Below are positions 1 through 9,573 of a stretch of DNA of 21,487 bases, piece after piece. Location of the stretch: assembly GCA_002189035.1 (NCBI GenBank), contig NEEC01000431.1:1-21487 (forward strand), in the 5' to 3' direction. The notes beneath the pieces are model-generated. The model ran no database searches, had not been told where the DNA came from, and saw only the letters and a program-made list of their open reading frames with translations. This DNA is from Utricularia gibba. Taxonomy: Eukaryota; Plantae; Magnoliophyta. The stretch's first letter is position 1, and the number at the start of each line of letters is the position of its first letter. A program made the position numbers and the translations under genes.

Positions 1-189
1 CCTACATGGTTTTTCAAGGAACCGCTTCTCGTTTTGTGGCGGCCAGTCTCGCTGGGAAATTGGTCCTTTACCCCGATTTTGTATGGCTCATGAGGTCAAC
101 CGAATGCAAATCGATTAAAAAAAATGATGCATTTGTTTTAAATTGCGATATCATGTGCACCCCACATTTTTTCAACAACTTACTTTATA
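1..189 (+). repeat. B-type monomer (3' part, truncated by the window start)
   Basis: GGGAAATTGGTCCTTTACCCCGATTTTG and CCGAATGC alleles. Confidence 0.85.
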
Positions 190-810
190 CTTGGGAGGCG
201 GTCTTGGGGTGCAGCTGGAACGGGACAAAGGTAAGGTTTGGCTTGCGCCGAGAGTTAGTTGTAGCCCGAAATAAAGTGATGTATTTATTATCGTTCGGTT
301 TTCGGGGGCTGCCTACATGGTTTTTCAAGGAACCGCTTCTCGTTTTGTGGCGGCCAGTCTCGCTGGGAACTTGGTCCTTGACCCCGATTCTGTATGGCTC
401 ATGAGGTCAACCGGATGGAAATCGATTAAAAAAAATGATGCATTTGTTTAAATTGCGATATCATGTGCACCCCACATGATTTTTCAACAACTTACTTTAT
501 ACTTGAGGAGGCGGTCTTGGGTGCAGCTGGAACGGGACAAAGGTAAGGTTTGGCTTGCGGCGAGAGTTAGTTGTAGCCCGGCAAATAAAGTGATGTATTT
601 TTTATCGTTCGGTTTTCGGGGCTGCCTACATGGTTTTTCACGGAACCGCTTCTCGTTTTGTGGCGGCCAGTCTCGCTGGGAACTTGGTTTTGACCCCGAT
701 TCTGTATGGCTCATGAGGTCAACCGGATGCAAATCGATTAAAAAAATGATGCATTTGTTTTAAATTGCGATATCACGTGCACCCACATGATTTTTTCAAC
801 TTACTTTATA

Positions 811-1122
811 CTTGGGGAGGCGGTCTTGGGGTGCACCTTGAACGGGACAAAGGTAAGGTTTGGCTTGCGCCGAGAGTTAGTTATAGCCCCACAAATAAAG
901 TGATAAATTTGATATCGTTCGGTTTTCGGGGGCTGCCTACATGGTTTTTCAAGGAACCGCTTCTCGTTTTGTGGCGGCCAGTCTCGCTGGGAAATTGGTC
1001 CTTACCCCGATTTTGTATGGCTCATGAGGTCAACCGATGCAAATCGATTAAAAAAAATGATGCATTTGTTTAAATTGCGATATCATGTGCCCCACATGAT
1101 TTTTTCAACAACTTACTTTATA
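811..1122 (+). repeat. B-type monomer
   Basis: CTTGGGGAGG, GCACCTTG, TTATAGCCCCAC, GATAAATTTGATATC, GGGAAATTGG, GATTTTG. Confidence 0.9.
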
Positions 1123-2054
1123 CTTGAGGAGGCGGTCTTGGGGTGCAGCTGGAACGGGACAAAGGTAAGGTTTGGCTTGCGGCGAGAGTTAGTTGTAGCC
1201 CGGCAAATAAAGTGATGTATTTTTTATCGTTCGGTTTTCGGGGCTGCCTACATGGTTTTTCAAGGAACCGCTTCTCGTTTTGGCGGCCAGTCTCGCTGGG
1301 AAACTTGGTCCTTGACCCCGATTCTGTATGGCTCATGAGGTCAACCGGATGCAAATCATTAAAAAAAATGATGCATTTGTTTAAATTGCGATATCACGTG
1401 CACCCCACATGATTTTTTCAACAACTTACTTTATACTTGAGGAGGCGGTCTTGGGGTGCAGCTGGAACGGGACAAAGGTAAGGTTTGGCTTGCGGCGAGA
1501 GTTAGTTGTAGCCCGGCAAATAAAGTGATGTTTTTTATCGTTCGGTTTTCGGGGCTGCCTACATGGTTTTTCAAGGAACCGCTTCTCGTTTTGTGGCGGC
1601 CAGTCTCGCTGGGAACTTGGTCCTTGACCCCGATTCTGTATGGCTCATGAGGTCAACCGGATGCAAATCGATTAAAAAAAATGATGCATTTGTTTAAATT
1701 GCGATCATGTGCACCCCACATGATTTTTCAACAACTTACTTTATACTTGAGGAGGCGGTCTTGGGGTGCAGCTGGAACGGGACAAAGGTAAGGTTTGGCT
1801 TGCGCGAGAGTTAGTTGTAGCCCGGCAAATAAAGTGATGTATTTATTATCGTTCGGTTTTCGGGGCTGCCTACATGGTTTTTCAGGAACCGCTTCTCGTT
1901 TTGTGGCGGCCAGTCTCGCTGGGAACTTGGTTTGACCCCGATTCTGTATGGCTCATGAGGTCAACCGGATGCAAATCGATTAAAAAAAATGATGCATTTG
2001 TTTAAATTGCGATATGTGCACCCCACATGATTTTTTTCAACAACTTACTTTATA

Positions 2055-2370
2055 CTTGGGGAGGCGGTCTTGGGGTGCACCTTGAACGGGACAAAGGTAA
2101 GGTTTGGCTTGCGCCGAGAGTTAGTTATAGCCCCCACAAATAAAGTGATAAATTTGATATCGTTCGGTTTTCGGGGACTACCTACATGGTTTTTCAAGGA
2201 ACCGCTTCTCGTTTTGTGGCGGCCAGTCTCGCTGGGAAATTGGTCCTTTACCCCGATTTTGTATGGCTCATGAGGTCAACCGATGCAAATCGATTAAAAA
2301 AAATGATGCATTTGTTTAAATTGCGATATCATGTGCACCCCACATGATTTTTTCAACAACTTACTTTATA
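2055..2370 (+). repeat. B-type monomer
   Basis: Near-complete B allele set including GGGGACTACC and CCTTTACC. Confidence 0.9.
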
Positions 2371-4240
2371 CTTGAGGAGGCGGTCTTGGGGTGCAGCTGG
2401 AACGGGACAAAGGTAAGGTTTGGCTTGCGCCGAGAGTTAGTTGTAGCCCGGCAAATAAAGTGATGTATTTATTATCGTTCGGTTTTCGGGGCTGCCTACA
2501 TGGTTTTTCAAGGAACCGCTTCTCGTTTTGTGGCGGCCAGTCTCGCTGGGAACTTGGTCCTTGACCCCGATTCTGTATGGCTCATGAGGTCAACCGGATG
2601 CAAATCGATTAAAAAAAATGATGCATTTGTTTAAATTGCGATATCACGTGCACCCCACATGATTTTTCAACAACTTACTTTATACTTGAGGAGGCGGTCT
2701 TGGGGTGCAGCTGGAACGGGACAAAGGTAAGGTTTGGCTTGCGCCGAGAGTTAGTTGTAGCCCGACAAATAAAGTGATGTATTTTTATCGTTCGGTTTTC
2801 GGGGGCTGCCTACATGGTTTTTCAAGGAACCGCTTCTCGTTTTGTGGCGGCAGTCTCGCTGGGAACTTGGTCCTTGACCCCGATTCTGTATGGCTCATGA
2901 GGTCAACCGGATGCAAATCGATTAAAAAAAATGATGCATTTGTTTAAATTGCGATATCACGTGCACCCCACATGATTTTTTCAACAACTACTTTATACTT
3001 GAGGAGGCGTCTTGGGGTGCAGCTGGAACGGGACAAAGGTAAGGTTTGGCTTGCGCGAGAGTTAGTTGTAGCCCCCAAATAAAGTGATTTATTATCGTTC
3101 GGTTTTCGGGGCTACATGGTTTTTCAAGGAACCGCTTCTCGTTTTGTGGCGGCCAGTCTCGCTGGGAACTTGGTCCTTGACCCCGATTCTGTATGGCTCA
3201 TGAGGTCAACCGGATGCAAATCGATTAAAAAAAATGATGCATTTGTTTAAATTGCGATATCACGTGCACCCCACATGATTTTTTCAACAACTTACTTTAT
3301 ACTTGAGAGGCGGTTTTGGGTGCACTGGAACGGGACAAAGGTAAGGTTTGGCTTGCGCCGAGAGTTAGTTGTAGCCCGGCAAATAAAGTGATGTATTTAT
3401 TATCGTTCGGTTTTCGGGGGCTGCCTACATGGTTTTTCAAGGAACCGCTTCTCGTTTTGTGGCGGCCAGTCTCGCTGGGAACTTGGTCCTTGACCCCGAT
3501 TCTGTATGGCTCATGAGGTCAACCGGATGCAAATCGATTAAAAAAAATGATGCATTTGTTTAAATTGCGATATCATGTGCACCCCACATGATTTTTTCAA
3601 CAACTTACTTTATACTTGAGGAGGCGGTCTTGGGGTGCAGCTGGAACGGGACAAAGGTAAGGTTTGGCTTGCGCCGAGAGTTAGTTGTAGCCCGACAAAA
3701 AAGTGATGTATTTATTATCGTTCGGTTTTCGGGGGCTGCCTACATGGTTTTTCAAGGAACCGCTTCTCGTTTTGTGGCGGCCAGTCTCGCTGGGAACTTG
3801 GTCCTTGACCCCGATTCTGTATGGCTCATGAGGTCAACCGGATGCAAATCGATTAAAAAAAATGATGCATTTGTTTAAATTGCGATATCACGTGCACCCC
3901 ACATGATTTTTTCAACAACTTACTTTATACTTGAGGAGGCGGTCTTTGGGTGCAGCTGAACGGGACAAAGGTAAGGTTTGGCTTGCGAGAGTTAGTTGTA
4001 GCCCGGCAAATAAAGTGATGTATTTATTATCGTTCGGTTTTCGGGGGCTGCCTACATGGTTTTTCAAGGAACCGCTTCTCGTTTTGTGGCGGCCAGTCTC
4101 GCTGGGAACTTGGTCCTTGACCCCGATTCTGTATGGCTCATGAGGTCAACCGGATGCAAATCGATTAAAAAAATGATGCATTTGTTTAAATTGCGATATG
4201 ACGTGCACCCACATGATTTTTTTCAACAACTTACTTTATA

Positions 4241-4552
4241 CTTGGGAGGCGGTCTTGGGGTGCACCTTGAACGGGACAAAGGTAAGGTTTGGCTTGCGCC
4301 GAGAGTTAGTTATAGCCCACAAATAAAGTGATAAATTTGATATCGTTCGGTTTTCGGGGCTACCTACATGGTTTTTCAAGGAACCGCTTCTCGTTTTGTG
4401 GCGGCCAGTCTCGCTGGGAAATTGGTCCTTTACCCCGATTCTGTATGGCTCATGAGGTCAACCGAATGCAAATCGATTAAAAAAATGATGCATTTGTTTA
4501 AATTGCGATATCATGTGCACCCCACATGATTTTTTCAACAACTTACTTTATA
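4241..4552 (+). repeat. B-type monomer
   Basis: GCACCTTG, TTATAG, GATAAATTTGATATC, GGGAAATT, CCTTTACC, CCGAATGC. Confidence 0.9.
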
Positions 4553-5185
4553 CTTGAAGAGGCGGTCTTGGGGTGCAGCTGGAACGGGACAAAGGTAAGG
4601 TTTGGCTTGCGCGAGAGTTAGTTGTAGCCCGACAAATAAAGTGATGTATTTATTATCGTTCGGTTTTCGGGGGCTGCCTACATGGTTTTTCAAGGAACCG
4701 CTTCTCGTTTTGTGGCTGCCAGTCTCGCTGGGGAACTTGGTCCTTGACCCCGATTCTGTATGGCTCATGAGGTCAACCGGATGCAAATCGATTAAAAAAA
4801 ATGATGCATTTGTTTAAATTGCGATATCATGTGCACCCCACATGATTTTTTTCAACAACTTACTTTATACTTGAGGAGGCGGTCTTGGGGTGCAGCTGGA
4901 ACGGGACAAAGGTAAGGTTTGGCTTGCGGCGAGAGTTAGTTGTAGCCCGGCAAATAAAGTGATGTATTTTTTATCGTTCGGTTTTCGGGGCTGCCTACAT
5001 GGTTTTTCAAGGAACCGCTTCTCGTTTTGTGGCGGCCAGTCTCGCTGGGAACTTGGTTTTTGACCCCGATTCTGTATGGCTCATGAGGTCAACCGGATGC
5101 AAATCGATTAAAAAAAATGATGCATTTGTTTAAATTGCGATATGACGTGCACCCCACATGATTTTTTTCAACAACTTACTTTATA

Positions 5186-5499
5186 CTTGGGGAGGCGGTC
5201 TTGGGGTGCACCTTGAACGGGACAAAGGTAAGGTTTGGCTTGCGCCGAGAGTTAGTTTAGCCCCACAAATAAAGTGATAAATTTGATATCGTTCGGTTTT
5301 CGGGACTACCTACATGGTTTTTCAAGGAACCGCTTCTCGTTTTGTGGCGGCCAGTCTCGCTGGGAAATTGGTCCTTTACCCCGATTTTGTATGGCTCATG
5401 AGGTCAACCGAATGCAAATCGATTAAAAAAAATGATGCATTTGTTTAAATTGCGATATCATGTGCACCCCACATGATTTTTTCAACAACTTACTTTATA
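5186..5499 (+). repeat. B-type monomer
   Basis: CTTGGGGAGG, GCACCTTG, GATAAATTTGATATC, GGGACTACC, CCTTTACC, GATTTTG, CCGAATGC. Confidence 0.9.
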
Positions 5500-6131
5500 C
5501 TTGAGGAGGCGGTCTTGGGGTGCAGCTGGAACGGGACAAAGGTAAGGTTTGGCTTGCGGCGAGAGTTAGTTGTAGCCCGGCAAATAAAGTGATGTATTTA
5601 TTATCGTTCGGTTTTCGGGGGCTGCCTACATGGTTTTTCAAGGAACCGCTTCTCGTTTTGTGGCGGCCAGTCTCGCTGGAACTTGGTCCTTGACCCCGAT
5701 TCTGTATGGCTCATGAGGTCAACCGGATGGAAATCGATTTAAAAAAATGATGCATTTGTTTAAATTGCGATATCATGTGCACCCCACATGATTTTTTCAA
5801 CAACTTACTTTATACTTGAGGAGGCGGTCTTGGGGTGCAGCTGGAACGGGACAAAGGTAAGGTTTGGCTTGCGGCGAGAGTTAGTTGTAGCCCGGCAAAT
5901 AAAGTGATGTATTTTTTATCGTTCGGTTTTCGGGGGCTGCCTACATGGTTTTTCAGGAACCGCTTCTCGTTTTGTGGCGGCCAGTCTCGCTGGGAACTTG
6001 GTTTTGACCCCGATTCTGTATGGCTCATGAGGTCAACCGGATGCAAATCGATTAAAAAAAATGATGCATTTGTTTAAATTGCGATATATGACGTGCACCC
6101 CACATGATTTTTTTCAACAACTTACTTTATA

Positions 6132-6447
6132 CTTGGGGAGGCGGTCTTGGGGTGCACCTTGAACGGACAAAGGTAAGGTTTGGCTTGCGCCGAGAGTTAG
6201 TTATAGCCCCCACAAATAAAGTGATAAATTTATATCGTTCGGTTTTCGGGGACTACCTACATGGTTTTTCAAGGAACCGCTTCTCGTTTTGTGGCGGCCA
6301 GTCTCGCTGGGAAATTGGTCCTTTACCCCGATTCTGTATGGCTCATGAGGTCAACCGGATGCAAATCGATTAAAAAAAAATGATGCATTTGTTTAAATTG
6401 CGATATCATGTGCACCCCACATGATTTTTTCAACAACTTACTTTATA
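6132..6447 (+). repeat. B-type monomer
   Basis: CTTGGGGAGG, GCACCTTG, TTATAG, GATAAATT, GGGGACTACC, GGGAAATT, CCTTTACC. Confidence 0.9.
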
Positions 6448-8320
6448 CTTGAGGAGGCGGTCTTGGGTGCAGCTGGAACGGGACAAAGGTAAGGTTTGGC
6501 TTGCGGCGAGAGTTAGTTGTAGCCCGCAAATAAAGTGATGTATTTATTATCGTTCGGTTTTCGGGGCTGCCTACATGGTTTTTCAAGGAACCGCTTCTCG
6601 TTTTGTGGCGGCCAGTCTCGCTGGAACTTGGTCCTTGACCCCGATTCTGTATGGCTCATGAGGTCAACCGGATGCAAATCGATTAAAAAAAATGATGCAT
6701 TTGTTTAAATTGCGATATCACGTGCACCCCACATGATTTTTTCAACAACTTACTTTATACTTGAGGAGGCGGTCTTGGGGTGCAGCTGGAACGGGACAAA
6801 GGTAAGGTTTGGCTTGCGGCGAGAGTTAGTTGTAGCCCGGCAAATAAAGTGATGTATTTTTTATCGTTCGGTTTTCGGGGGCTGCCTACATGGTTTTTCA
6901 GGAACCGCTTCTCGTTTTGTGGCGGCCAGTCTCGCTGGGAACTTGGTTTTTGACCCCGATTCTGTATGGCTCATGAGGTCAACCGGATGCAAATCGATTA
7001 AAAAAAATGATGCATTTGTTTAAATTGCGATATCACGTGCACCCCACATGATTTTTTCAACAACTTACTTTATACTTGAGGAGGCGGTCTTGGGGTGCAC
7101 CTTGAACGGGACAAAGGTAAGGTTTGGCTTGCGCCGAGTTAGTTGTAGCCCCACAAATAAAGTGATGTATTTATATCGTTCGGTTTTCGGGGGCTGCCTA
7201 CATGGTTTTTCAAGGAACCGCTTCTCGTTTTGTGGCGGCCAGTCTCGCTGGGGAACTTGGTCCTTGACCCCGATTCTGTATGGCTCATGAGGTCAACCGG
7301 ATGCAAATCGATTAAAAAAAATGATGCATTTGTTTAAATTGCGATATCACGTGCACCCCACATGATTTTTCAACAACTTACTTTATACTTGAGGAGGCGG
7401 TCTTGGGGTGCAGCTGGAACGGGACAAAGGTAAGGTTTGGCTTGCGCGAGAGTTAGTTGTAGCCCGGCAAATAAAGTGATGTATTTATATCGTTCGGTTT
7501 TCGGGGGCTGCCTACATGGTTTTTCAAGGAACCGCTTCTCGTTTTGTGGCGGCCAGTCTCGCTGGGAACTTGGTCCTTGACCCCGATTCTGTATGGCTCA
7601 TGAGGTCAACCGGATGCAAATCGATTAAAAAAAAATGATGCATTTGTTTAAATTGCGATATCACGTGCACCCCACATGATTTTTTTCAACAACTTACTTT
7701 ATACTTGAGGAGGCGGTCTTGGGGTGCAGCTGGAACGGGACAAAGGTAAGGTTTGGCTTGCGCCGAGAGTTAGTTTGTAGCCCGACAAATAAAGTGATGT
7801 ATTTATTATCGTTCGGTTTTCGGGGCTGCCTACATGGTTTTTCAAGGAACCGCTTCTCGTTTTGTGGCGGCCAGTCTCGCTGGGAACTTGGTCCTTGACC
7901 CCGATTCTGTATGGCTCATGAGGTCAACCGGATGCAAATCGATTAAAAAAAATGATGCATTTGTTTAAATTGCGATATCATGTGCACCCCACATGATTTT
8001 TTCAACAACTTACTTTATACTTGAGGAGGCGGTCTTGGGTGCACTGGAACGGGACAAAGGTAAGGTTTGGCTTGCGCCGAGAGTTAGTTGTAGCCCAAAT
8101 AAAGTGATGTATTTATTATCGTTCGGTTTTCGGGGGCTGCCTACATGGTTTTTCAAGGAACCGCTTCTCGTTTTGTGGCGCCAGTCTCGCTGGGAACTTG
8201 GTCCTTGACCCCGATTTCTGTATGGCTCATGAGGTCAATCGATTAAAAAAAATGATGCATTTGTTTAAATTGCGATATGACGTGCACCCCACATGATTTT
8301 TTTCAACAACTTACTTTATA

Positions 8321-8636
8321 CTTGGGGAGGCGGTCTTGGGGTGCACCTTGAACGGGACAAAGGTAAGGTTTGGCTTGCGCCGAGAGTTAGTTGTAGCCCC
8401 ACAAATAAAGTGATAAATTTGATATCGTTCGGTTTTCGGGGACTACCTACATGGTTTTTCAAGGAACCGCTTCTCGTTTTGTGGCGGCCAGTCTCGCTGG
8501 GAAATTGGTCCTTTTACCCCGATTTTGTATGGCTCATGAGGTCAACCGATGCAAATCGATTAAAAAAAATGATGCATTTGTTTAAATTGCGATATCATGT
8601 GCACCCCACATGATTTTTTCAACAACTTACTTTATA
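8321..8636 (+). repeat. B-type monomer
   Basis: CTTGGGGAGG, GCACCTTG, CCCCAC, GATAAATTTGATATC, GGGGACTACC, GGGAAATT, GATTTTG. Confidence 0.9.
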
Positions 8637-9261
8637 CTTGAGGAGGCGTCTTGGGGTGCAGCTGGAACGGGACAAAGGTAAGGTTTGGCTTGCGCGAGAG
8701 TTAGTTGTAGCCCGCAAATAAAGTGATGTATTTATTATCGTTCGGTTTTCGGGGGCTGCCTACATGGTTTTTCAAGGAACCGCTTCTCGTTTTGTGGCGG
8801 CCAGTCTCGCTGGGAACTTGGTCCTTGACCCCGATTCTGTATGGCTCATGAGGTCAACCGGATGCAAATCGATTAAAAAAAATGATGCATTTGTTTAAAT
8901 TGCGATATCGTGCACCCCACATGATTTTTCAACAACTTACTTTATACTTGAGGAGGCGGTCTTGGGGTGCAGCTGGAACGGGACAAAGGTAAGGTTTGGC
9001 TTGCGCCGAGAGTTAGTTGTAGCCCGCAAATAAAGTGATGTATTTTTTATCGTTCGGTTTTCGGGGGCTGCCTACATGGTTTTTCAAGGAACCGCTTCTC
9101 GTTTTGTGGCGGCCAGTCTCGCTGGGAACTTGGTTTTGACCCCGATTCTGTATGGCTCATGAGGTCAACCGGATGCAAATCGATTAAAAAAAATGATGCA
9201 TTTGTTTAAATTGCGATATCACGTGCACCCCACATGATTTTTTTCAACAACTTACTTTATA

Positions 9262-9573
9262 CTTGGGAGGCGGTCTTGGGGTGCACCTTGAACGGACAAA
9301 GGTAAGGTTTGGCTTGCGCCGAGAGTTAGTTATAGCCCCAAATAAAGTGATGTATTTATATCGTTCGGTTTTCGGGGGCTACCTACATGGTTTTTCAAGG
9401 AACCGCTTCTCGTTTTGTGGCGGCCAGTCTCGCTGGGAAATTGGTCCTTTACCCCGATTTTGTATGGCTCATGAGGTCAACCGAATGCAAATCGATTAAA
9501 AAAAATGATGCATTTGTTTAAATTGCGATATCATGTGCACCCCACATGATTTTTTTCAACAACTTACTTTATA
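9262..9573 (+). repeat. B-type monomer (last clear one; partly mosaic)
   Basis: GCACCTTG, TTATAG, CTACC, GGGAAATT, CCTTTACC, GATTTTG and CCGAATGC, but A-like GATGTATTT. Confidence 0.85.

Noticed and set aside
1436-1745. Functional 5S rRNA gene array
   Set aside because: There is no contiguous ~120-nt 5S gene and no C-box. Only fragmentary similarity exists, which is kept as a low-confidence finding.
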